A stretch of 64,000 nt of DNA from Dictyostelium discoideum (lineage: Eukaryota), in contig CM000151.3 of NCBI GenBank assembly GCA_000004695.1, positions 7,616,001 through 7,680,000 of the forward strand. The letters run 5' to 3'. Shown here one piece after another: positions 54,938 through 64,000 of the stretch. The position numbers and the translations under genes were made by a program. Every line of letters starts with the position of its first letter. Positions within the stretch are counted from its first letter, which is position 1. Below the pieces are notes generated by a model. The model did no database searches, was not told the DNA's origin, and was given only the letters and a program-made list of their open reading frames with translations.

Positions 54938-57900
54938 TTAACCTAATTTATCCATACTAAATTTACCTTTAGATTTTCTTCTTTTTGAGAATTTAAAAGT
55001 TTTACCATCTCTATAAATATAGAAACGTTTTTTAAATAATACATAACCAGTAAGGGCTAAAACTGTGATAGCAACTATTGGAACAACTACAGCAACTGGT
55101 ATAACCCATGCTCTTGAATTACTATTAGTAGCACCACAACCATCTCCACCATTGGATGAGGAGAATTGTGGATCAACCAAAACTGCATAATTTGGATCTA
55201 AAATACATTGATCACATTGTGGCATATTTATACCAACATAAGATACAGAATCTTTAATTCCCATATCTACAACTTTTGATATTGCAACTCTACCATTTGA
55301 AATCATTCTATCAATGAATGAACCAAATAATATACCACCATTTCTTGTTAATGTAAATGATAATAATGAGTTTGAACTATCAGTTTGTGAATCGATTGTA
55401 CCATTAGTTGATTTACATTTATCGTCATCGTCGTCAACTTTTATTGTCTTTGATTTAGAAATGAATACAGCACGTAATGTATTTAAAGAGGATTGATATT
55501 GCCAACCACTAATATTTAATGAGACTTTAACTTGATCTTTTTCAAGATTCATTGTAATACCTGCAAATTCATATTTCACTGATTTTGTAGGTACAACAAC
55601 CGATACTGATACAATGACATTGGATTGATTTGAATAATAAATAGAGGCAACACCAAGTTGATTGGCTTTATCTTCTTTATATTCCCAATTGTTAATTTTA
55701 ATCTCTTGAACTACATCATCATTAAAATCTAATTCTTGAAGACTTGATAATGAAAATTCAAATTCAACAGTTGAAAGTGAATAGGTAGCTTGTGGTTGAG
55801 TTTGATCGGTTACTAAACTATAAGTATTTGGTGCTGGTTTTTTAAATGTACATGTTGGACCATAATAATCACCAACACCACAATTACATTGACCTTCAAT
55901 ACATGTTCCACCATTTTCACAAGATGGTGAACATTGATTTGATTTTATTTTTTCATAATATACAATTTTCGATGAGGAAATGCTAAAACCATTATCATTA
56001 ATAGTGATTGAAGCATACCCACCTTGTGAAAATGTTGGTGCATTTACTATAATCTCTGAATTACTTATTGAAATAATTGCACAATTTTGATTGTTGATTG
56101 AAATAGTTGGTGAAACACCACCACTTAAATTATAAAATTTACCATATATTGTAAGTTGATTATTAGTTGGTGTTATAATTGAAGCAGAACTTATAATTGG
56201 GAAAGCTCTCTTAAATGTTTGTTTAACTATTGGTGATGAAACTTTTATTGATTTTATAAAAATTTCAATTGGACCTTCTTTAAAATCTAATGGTAATTCA
56301 ATGATGATATTTTCATGTGAATGGAATAATGGTGAAGTAAATGGTAAATTATTAATATAGACAATACCATTTTTATCAAATGTACCAGTTAAATTTAAAT
56401 TTAATAAATTTGGAAATTGAATGAAATCAATTTTTAAAATTTCTAAATTATAATAATTCCATTCGATACTAACAGATTGATCTGGTGTAAATTGAAGTAT
56501 TCTATTGGTGGTAGCTGGTTTTGGTGGGAAATCAAAAGTAAATTTACTATTTGGTATAACCATATTTAAGCCAGGTGTAGTTGAAGGAGTTTGCCAACCT
56601 AAATTTTCACCAGTAATTTCAAGAGTTTCACCAACTGATAACACATTGAAACTTGAAACGGTTAATATAAAATCACAAACAAATGATGAATTTGGTGATA
56701 AATCATTTTGATTATTAGCAAACCAATGACTTGCTAATGAACCCCAATGGCATTTAAAACAATCTGGAATTGATGTAAATTGATTGTTTGATAAATCAAT
56801 ATCAGGTATTGAGCAAAATGTTGATGGAATTGACCCACTTAATAAATTACTTGATGTATTTACTTTTTGTAATTGAATAAATGAAGGTAATTGACCCTGA
56901 ACTATATTATTTGGAATAATAAGTTGTTTCAACTCTAAATTTATACTTGATTTTAATTTTGATAGACGAGAAAATTCTACATCAAATATCTCTAAATTTG
57001 GTGGTAAATTTACAATTGGTGTTGTATATGATAATTCTCCATCTAAAAATACTAAACTTGTTAAATTAGTTCCTGTGAATGATAAACCACTATCAACAAC
57101 ATGGCAGTTTTTAAAATTAAGTGATCCCATTATATTATTTGTAAATTCAAATGATACAAATGTATTAGGGATTGTACAAAATATTGAAACAGTTGTTAAA
57201 TTATTCATATTGAAAATTGAAATTGGTGCTTCTGTATAAATAGTTCTTTTTTTTTTCATACCAATAAAAAATAATAATTAATAACATTTTTAAAAAAGAA
57301 AAAAAACTTTTAAAATATACTTACAAATGTTTTAATTTTTGCCAAGTATAACCATCAATATTAATATTTGAATTATTATTTAATCTGAGGAATAATGTAT
57401 TAATAGAGTTTGTTTCACTCCAATCAAATCTAATAATTGGGAAATCCAAAATAATATTTGTTAAAGGACCATCAGTTTTTGTGAAAAATACATCTGATAA
57501 ATGAGTTGCTGGTACATTTCTAACTATTAATGTTGTAACTTTTGGGCAATAAAAAAGGAATAAATCTGGAAAAGTATTTAAGTTTTGAATATTTGAAATT
57601 CTATTAAAAATAAAAAAATAAAAAAATAAAATAAAAAAATAAAATAAAAAAAAATAAAATGTTTAATTTACAAATTAATATTTTAAATATACAATTGAAT
57701 GAAATATATATGTATACATACTCTATATATTCCAAGCCTGTCATTTGATTAATATAGTCTAAGATGTTTACCGTATTAGTAGCAACACCATTAATTACTC
57801 TAAATAAAAATAAATAAAAAAAAAAAAAGAGGGTTAAAAAAAATATTAATAAAATTTTTAAAACAGTTAAAAATTACTCACAAAGAAGTTAAATTTTGGA

Positions 57901-59094
57901 GATTTAAAAAATTTATAGTTGGTTGATTTGTAAATGATTGAAGTTTTCTTGAAAAGTCAACAAGATTAAGTATTTCGGGTTGTACTGGATTTGGAGATAA
58001 ATTTCCTGATGTACCAATTGTGTAACCACTTGTAGTTGTTGTGGTTGGATCAATTGAAGTGGTTGATCCTGATGTACCACTTGAGTAACCACTTGAGTAA
58101 CCACTTGTACTTGTTGTAGTTGGATCAAAAGAAGTTGTTGATCCTGATGTACCACTTGTACTTGTTGTAGTTGGATCAATCAAAGTTGTTGATCCTGATG
58201 TTCCACTTGTACCTATTGTGGTTGGATCATTTGAAGTTGTTGATCCTAATGTTCCACTTGTACCCATTGTAGTTGGATCATTTGAAGTTGTTGAGCCTGA
58301 TGTTCCACTTGTACTTGTTGTAGTTGGATCATTTGAAGTCGTTGGTCCTGATGTTCCACTTGTACCTATTGTGGTTGGATCATTTGAGGTCGTTGATCCT
58401 AATGTACCACTTGTACCTATTGTGGTTGGGTCATTTGAAGTCGTTGATCCCAATGTTCCACTTGTACCTATTGTGGTTGGATCATTTGAAGTTGTAGATA
58501 AGCCAGAACTCAATGTTCTTGTCACTGAGCCACTTGAACCTAAAGAATTAGCTGTCCCAGTAGTTAATGCGAATTGAGTTGTTGATGTCGCACCGGGTGC
58601 AATAACACTGCCCAAAGGTATTGTTGAATTTAATGTCCTTTTAAAAAAACAAATTTAATTAATAATTTAATAATTATTTTAATTTTATTAATATTAATTA
58701 TTTTTTTTTTTTTTAAAACTTACAAACTCTTTACTGTTTTTAATGTCGAATCACAAACAATTCCAATATTTGAACATGCTTTTCCTAAAGACAAATTCCA
58801 TGCAAATCCATATTGGATTGCTATCCACCAAAGAGTATTTACTATATTATATATTTTAAAAAAAAAAAATGTAATTATTATTATTATTTATTTTTTTTTT
58901 TTTTTTTTTTTTTTTTTTATCGTCAAATATTTTTGTGAAAATAAACGAAAAACATTGGAAAAATAAATGAAATTATGTTTAAAAAAATTCCACTTACGTT
59001 CATTTTCATCAGTAATATCAGATTTAACAATATTATTAAAAGTTGTTAAAATTAATATTAAAATATAAATATAATTAACAACTCTTTTATACAT
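54938..59094 (-). CDS. Type I membrane glycoprotein with signal peptide, mucin-like Thr/Ser tandem repeats, LRR region, EGF-like Cys-rich module and TM anchor, 6 exons: join(59094..58998,58841..58724,58637..~57882,~57799..57713,57600..57325,57245..54938), about 1213 aa
   Basis: Exon 1 is MYKRVVNYIYILILILTTFNNIVKS, a signal peptide, ending at GAAC|GTAAGT. Exon 3 carries about 10 tandem 13-aa units TSNDPTTIGTSGT(L/S)GS and ends at a GTGAGT donor. Exons 4-6 encode leucine-rich repeats (LTIYTEAPISIFNMNNLTTVS..., LSGSIP, IDLSNNQFTSIP), an EGF-like module CSPSCENGGTCIEGQCNCGVGDYYGPTC, and a TM anchor AWVIPVAVVVPIVAITVLALTGYVLF followed by KKRFYIYRD. All phases are consistent (1,2,2,2,2) and the total is divisible by 3. 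Coordinates around 57800-57900 are ±1. Confidence 0.75.
58090..58490 (-). repeat. 39-bp coding tandem repeat, about 10 units encoding TSNDPTTIGTSGT(L/S)GS, within exon 3 of the mucin/LRR gene
   Basis: Near-perfect nucleotide-level repeats (ccacttgtacc[tc]attgt[ag]gttggatcatttgaag[tc][tc]gttga[tg]cctgatgt...). They generate the in-frame antisense ORFs 57913..58179 and 58218..58577. Confidence 0.9.
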
Positions 59095-59468
59095 TTTCAA
59101 TCTTTATATTTTGTAAGGTATTTTTGTGATACGAACAAAAAATTAAAAAAAAAAATTAAAAAAAACTTTTTTGATAAGTTAAAAAAACATTTAAAAAGAT
59201 TTTTTTATTTTTTTTTTTTTTTGATTGTAAAAAAAAAGCTTCAAATCGGAACGGTGAAAATTTTTCAAAGAAGATATTTATTTTTATTTTTTTTTTTATT
59301 TTTTTTTTTTTTTCAGATTTTGTTAATTGGAAAAAAAATATCTTTTACTTTTGATTAAAAAAAAAAAGTAAAAAAAAATAAAAATTCTATTAAAAATTAT
59401 ATTTGAAATAAAATAAATTATTTTTTTTTTTTTTTTTTTTATTTATCAATGCAGATATAAAGCATTTT

Positions 59469-59507
<39 letters not shown>

Positions 59508-59949
59508 AAGAATTTATATTTAAAGGGAAAAATGAATTGTAGTTTATTTATTTAGAAAATAAAAATAAAAATTTGGAAAATTAATAAATAAAAATAAATA
59601 ATTATTATTTAATATTTTTTACCATTGTTATTTTTTTTTTACCTATTTTTTTTATATAAAATTAATAGTATAATTTCTTTGTTAAATTATTTATTTAAAA
59701 AAAATTGTTTGCATGGTGTGAAGCTTACCTTTTATTAAGTTATAAATTATTTATTTAAATTATTTTGTTCAACTTCAACAATTATTTTTTTTTTTTTTTT
59801 TTTTTTCAATATTAATCAGTTTTCTATCCGATTGGGTGGTAATTGCAGCTTGTTTTTTTTTTTTTTTAATAAAAAACATGACACTCGGCTATGGAATTCG
59901 CCACCAGAAATCCACTCCCGAATTCTGAAGGGTCGCCGATTTATTAGTG

Positions 59950-59961
59950 AATCGAACCAGC
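59950..59961 (-). promoter_or_regulatory. External B box (exB) downstream of tRNA-Asp
   Basis: Minus-strand GGTTCGATTCAC, about 28 bp past the tRNA 3' end. Confidence 0.5.
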
Positions 59962-59987
59962 GTACATATTTTGTATTTGGATAAAAC

Positions 59988-60059
59988 CTCCCTGTCCGGG
60001 AATTGAACCCGGGCCTTTCGCGTGACAGGCGAAAATCCTCACCACTAGACCAACAAGGA
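59988..60059 (-). tRNA. tRNA-Asp (anticodon GUC)
   Basis: Minus-strand sequence TCCTTGTTGGTCTAGTGGTGAGGATTTTCGCCTGTCACGCGAAAGGCCCGGGTTCAATTCCCGGACAGGGA. Acceptor stem TCCTTGT/ACAGGGA. Anticodon stem TTCGC/GCGAA with loop CTGTCAC (anticodon GTC). T arm CCCGG GTTCAATTCC, discriminator G. Close to the metazoan tRNA-Asp consensus. Confidence 0.9.
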
Positions 60060-60089
60060 TAAAGATGATGATTTATTTTAAAATTATGT

Positions 60090-60850
60090 AAAATTTATAT
60101 AGCTTTAAAGACTAAACCAAGTCAAACCCAAATACGAAAACAAACAAAAATTAAAAGTAATCTATAGAAACATGATGGATATCAAATACAAGGGATGGAA
60201 CAAACACCAGCCAACAACAGGTCAAAAACTGATTCAAAAGAACATTAATCACCCAATTCTACCATTCAGAGAAGCCAGATCAATCACAACTATCAAAGGA
60301 AGAGACTTAGCATGGAGATATCTACTCAAGGCACTTCCAAAACACCATGGGGAGAATTGCCACTCATGTAAAGAAGAAGAATCGTCTATGCACATCTTCT
60401 TCGAATGCAAATCAATAAAACAGAATATCGACTCAATCTATCAAAAGGTCTGTAAAGACTCCAACAACACTTACCACGGTCCATGGAGCGAAAAAGTTCT
60501 CGGAAAACTACTCACACCATTCTCATCAAATCTGATAGGAGCCATTATGGAATCGATATGGTACAGAAGAAATCAAATAAAATTCAACGATAACACTACA
60601 ATAATAACAGAGAACCAAATAATTCATAAAATCAAAAAAGCGAGAGATGCCGAATGGGATAGAACAAGAAAGATAGTAGAAAAACAACTACGTCAAGAAC
60701 TAAGATGCACTGATAACCGAGAGTCAATCAATCGGACCGCATCAATAAAAAGAAGACTCGAAAAATTCAGCCACAACTGGAACTCGAAACTCATGACCAT
60801 AAACATCCCGGAACACTTCATACCATACTGCTCATATAACACCAACTACT

Positions 60851-60893
<43 letters not shown>

Positions 60894-61624
60894 ATAACAA
60901 TAATAATAATAATAATAATATAATAATAATAATAATATAATAATAATAATAATATAATAATAATAATAATAATAAAAAAAAATAAGAATAACAAGAAAAA
61001 AAGAAAAAAAAAAAAAAAAAAAAAAAAAAAAACAGATAAACTCTCCTAGAACACACTCAAATTGAGTGATGTTATTAAAAAAAAAAATATATAGCTTTAA
61101 CAACATGCCATTCCAACAGTGTGGGGAAGATGAGACTTCAGAACATATATTCTTCAACTGCAAAGCCCACATCAAAAACACACAAGAAATCTTCATATAC
61201 ACCCTAACTAAGTGTGGACACACCACTCACACCTGGAATGTGAAGATTTTAAACCATCTACAAATTGCACTAGTAGCCAATTTAATAGCTATTATATTCG
61301 AAAAAATCTGGCACAAAAGAAATAAACTCATTCACGATGAAAAAGAAATAATAATTCACAGACATCAAGTCATACGTGAACTAATTAAAACACAAAGAGC
61401 TGCATGGGACAGGACACAAGCGGTTATAAACAAAACATTAAGAATCAAATCAAAGCAACGGCCAGAAGAACAAAATAAATTAGACTCACTAATCTCGCTA
61501 AAGCTATTACAATTTAGCAGACAATGGAACTCACCTCTTCACGCAATAGAACTTCCTAAACATCTCAAAAAATACAATAATTCACTCAGTACTTTCTATA
61601 AATAAAAAAAAAAAAATAAAAAAA

Positions 61625-61673
<49 letters not shown>

Positions 61674-62230
61674 GGAACCCAAGTTAATCAGAAAATTTCT
61701 AGATTTTTAACTTTTTAAAGAAAAATATAAAAGATAGAAAGAAAATAAAATGAAAATCACAAACAACACCACAAATATTAAGCAACACAAATGCCTACAA
61801 AAAATAAGCGAAATTGTGGATAAAACTCAATTAAAAAAAAAACAATTCAAATACGTCATAAACATCAATCACGAACCAGACGATAAAATAAAAAAAGATT
61901 TAGAAAAAAGTTTGGACAAAAAAGATGTTTTAATCAAAAGTAATAATACAATTCAAAATTCGAAACAAAAAAAAAAAAAAAAAAAAAAAAAGGTAAACCA
62001 ACCCCTCTTTTAGAGACCCTGTAAAAAAAAACTAAAAATAAAATGAGATCTAACATCTCAAGGAGAAGCAACTAATAATTGCGTTATCCAATTCAAAAAA
62101 AAAATTTATATAGCTTCATCGAGCAAGAATTTCTCGAATTCAAAAAAAAAAAATTTATATAGCCAATTGTTATTCCATTCAAAAAAAAATTTATTCAGCC
62201 AATAAGTTAATTAAAGGAAAAACTGGTATT
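60090..62230 (+). mobile_element. Stack of 5'-truncated tRNA-gene-targeted non-LTR retrotransposon (TRE-type, probably TRE5-like) 3' fragments, about 35-50 bp upstream of tRNA-Asp
   Basis: Unit 1 is 60114..~61065: ORF 60172..60855 with a C-x2-C-x7-H-x4-C zinc-knuckle (CHSCKEEESSMHIFFEC), then IWYRRNQIKF...AEWDRTRKIV, ending in A(38) plus (TAA)n. Unit 2 is ~61079..61670: the homologous ORF 61066..61605 (CGEDETSEHIFFNC, IWHKRNKLIH...AAWDRTQAVINK, about 35% identical to unit 1), ending in A(~55). Unit 3 is 61671..62090, with an ORF and A(28). Each unit is preceded by A(n)TTTATATAGC, at 60098, 61088, 62101, 62149 and, degenerate, 62188. Orientation is constant, with the poly(A) tails pointing away from the tRNA. 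Confidence 0.6.
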
Positions 62231-62364
62231 TTATTTCAAAATAAATGAAATATATTAGAAAAACGATTCTTTTTTAAAAAATTTGTTTTCAGTTATTGAT
62301 ATTTGACAGTTTTTTTCTTTTTCAAAAAAAAAAATTTTTATTTTTTTTATTTATTATTTTTTAT

Positions 62365-63636
62365 TTATTTTTTTTTAATTATTATATCTTTTAAATCATC
62401 TGGAATTGGATGATTATAATTACGATCAACAATTATTTTTTTTAAATTATTTGAGAAAATATTTGAAGTTAATTTAGGAAGATGATTAAAACAATAACCC
62501 ATTTTAATTTTAATACAAGATTCTGGAATATCATTTGGTTTAATCTTTTGATTAAAGTTAATTGAAAAATGAATAGTCTTTACTGAAGAAGGAAATGAAC
62601 CTTGAATCAATGGTTTATTAAATGAAGATAGGAATCTAATTTTTTCAACACCAAAACTAATTGCACCAGGTTTAATTGGTTGATTGAACGAATGTAATGT
62701 TAATTTTTTAACTGATAATGGAATTGCACCAATTTCAATATCAGAATTGAAATCATTCATTTTTAAAAATTGAACACTTGATGGAATATCACCTTTTTTC
62801 AATGAATGGTCATATTTTGATAGTGTTAAATGCGTTACTGATGATGGTATAATATCTGATCCAAGTTGTTGATTATAGCAACCTAAACTCAAATAAGTAA
62901 TACCATTAGGTAAATCACCAGCATATAAAGGTTGATTATATTCAAATAGTGATAAATCAATTAAAGATGATGGTAATAAATTTGGTTTCAATGGTTGATC
63001 GAAATCTGAAAGCATCAGCCATTCGATTGAATTTGGGATTGAATTTAGTTGTAAAGGTTTATTAAATTTTACTAAATACAATTCAACCAATGATGATGGT
63101 AAATCGTTTGGATTAATATCATGATTAAAGTTTTCCAAAACTAAACATTTTAAATTTTTTAATACATTGAATGAATCTTTTCCAATTGGTTGATTGAATA
63201 ATGATAATGTTAATTTTGTTAAACTTTCTGGTAAAACCATTGGTTTAATGATTTGGTCATATTTAATTAACTCCAATTCTTCAATTGATGATGGTATTAT
63301 ATCAATTTCTAATTCTTTATTTAATTGAGTTAATGATAATTTTTTTAAAGATGTTAATGGTTTTAAATCTTCACTTTTGAATTGACCCTTAAATGAAATA
63401 ATCTCTAAATCAATCAATGATGATAGATCATTTAAACAACCATTTGGAAATGTAAATGGATGATATCTTAATTTTGAAATATACCCTTTATTTGCATGAT
63501 CTCTTAATTCTGTTAATTTATTAATTTTAATTTCAACTTGATAATTATCTCTAAATAATTCTAAATGTTTGGTAATTTCATTTCTAATATAAATATTTTT
63601 CCAGACTCTAAAAAATATATTTTCAAATTCTTCCAT
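62365..63636 (-). CDS. FNIP-repeat-containing protein, 423 aa
   Basis: ATG ORF made of about 14 tandem about 22-aa units of the dictyostelid FNIP repeat type (F[ND]QP[IL].....[IL]P.S[IL]..L.[LF]...FNQP...). Examples: SFNQPIKPGAISFGVEKIRF, SDFDQPLKPNLLPSSLIDLSLFEYNQPL. Confidence 0.8.
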   Translation of the reverse strand: MEEFENIFFRVWKNIYIRNEITKHLELFRDNYQVEIKINKLTELRDHANKGYISKLRYHPFTFPNGCLNDLSSLIDLEIISFKGQFKSEDLKPLTSLKKLSLTQLNKELEIDIIPSSIEELELIKYDQIIKPMVLPESLTKLTLSLFNQPIGKDSFNVLKNLKCLVLENFNHDINPNDLPSSLVELYLVKFNKPLQLNSIPNSIEWLMLSDFDQPLKPNLLPSSLIDLSLFEYNQPLYAGDLPNGITYLSLGCYNQQLGSDIIPSSVTHLTLSKYDHSLKKGDIPSSVQFLKMNDFNSDIEIGAIPLSVKKLTLHSFNQPIKPGAISFGVEKIRFLSSFNKPLIQGSFPSSVKTIHFSINFNQKIKPNDIPESCIKIKMGYCFNHLPKLTSNIFSNNLKKIIVDRNYNHPIPDDLKDIIIKKK

Positions 63637-64000
63637 TATTTATTTTTAAAAATTATTTAATAATAGTAATAATAATGAAATATAAAAAAAAAAAAATTCA
63701 GTTTTCAAAAAAGTTTTAAAAATAAATTGAAAAACAAATCGAACTTTTTTTAGTTTTTTTTTTTTTTTTAATCACAAATTAATTAATTAAATTTTGTTTT
63801 TTATTTTATTTTTTTTTTTATTTAGTTTTTTAAGGAAGATTTAAGGGAAATTGGTGTGGTGGAAATTTGTGGTGAATTTTTTTTTTTTTTTTTTTAAAGT
63901 TTTTTTTTTTTTTTTAAAGTTTTATTTTTTTTTTATTTTTATTTTTATTTTTATATTTTTTTTATTTTTATTTTTATTTTTTTTTTATTTAAAAAAAAAA

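Noticed and set aside
55314-58577. ORFs 55314..55496(+), 56505..56711(+), 57913..58179(-), 58218..58577(+)
   Set aside because: Antisense or alternate frames of the LRR/mucin gene. The last two are produced by the in-phase 39-bp tandem repeat, which keeps all frames open.
60846-61226. ORF 60846..61226(-)
   Set aside because: Antisense poly-F/poly-Y reading across the poly(A) and (TAA)n tail between retrotransposon fragments 1 and 2.

Overview
The window is AT-rich (about 75–80% A+T) nuclear DNA with the hallmarks of Dictyostelium discoideum or a close dictyostelid. Coding regions use (CAA)n poly-Q and (AAT)n poly-N tracts. Intergenic DNA is poly(A)/poly(T) rich. Introns are short, about 80–310 bp, and start with GTAAGT or GTATGT. 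tRNA genes carry downstream external B boxes and attract non-LTR retrotransposon fragments. This is ordinary chromosome-arm sequence: I see nothing that points to a new biological system.

I can support about 24 protein-coding genes, most of them multi-exon with splice sites worked out by hand, plus two tRNA genes and a retrotransposon pile-up:
- GATA zinc-finger protein, CDS open to the 5' window edge
- small single-pass membrane protein
- 1462-aa low-complexity hypothetical protein
- phenylalanyl-tRNA synthetase beta subunit, 5 exons
- Ski2-type exosome RNA helicase, 2 exons
- Lon protease, with no upstream in-frame ATG for its conserved N-domain
- mitochondrial ATP synthase subunit d-like, 2 exons
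- secreted-type parallel beta-helix protein
- AGC-type protein kinase, 2 exons
- 5-exon multi-pass membrane protein
- tRNA-Ile(AAU)
- Agrobacterium-type adenylate isopentenyltransferase, iptA-like
- RBM26/27-like C3H1 plus RRM protein
- TAPT1/DUF747 homolog, 4 exons with an apparent +1 frameshift
- B-box protein with VPS13/ATG2-C-like repeats
- two small membrane proteins
- MFS transporter, 4 exons
- 6-exon signal-peptide / mucin-repeat / LRR / EGF / TM protein
- tRNA-Asp(GUC), with about 2 kb of 5'-truncated TRE-type non-LTR retrotransposon 3' fragments stacked roughly 50 bp upstream
- FNIP-repeat protein

The supplied ORF track appears to accept TTG as a start codon and reports it as M, so its start coordinates are not reliable ATGs.

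The items most worth follow-up are:
- the frameshift in the TAPT1-like gene
- the Lon 5' end, which I could not resolve
- serial retrotransposon integrations at tRNA-Asp next to an unoccupied tRNA-Ile target
- a phesB exon 1 with no canonical splice donor, beside an intronic G-quadruplex motif
- a 3.6-kb gene desert with ncRNA-like islands
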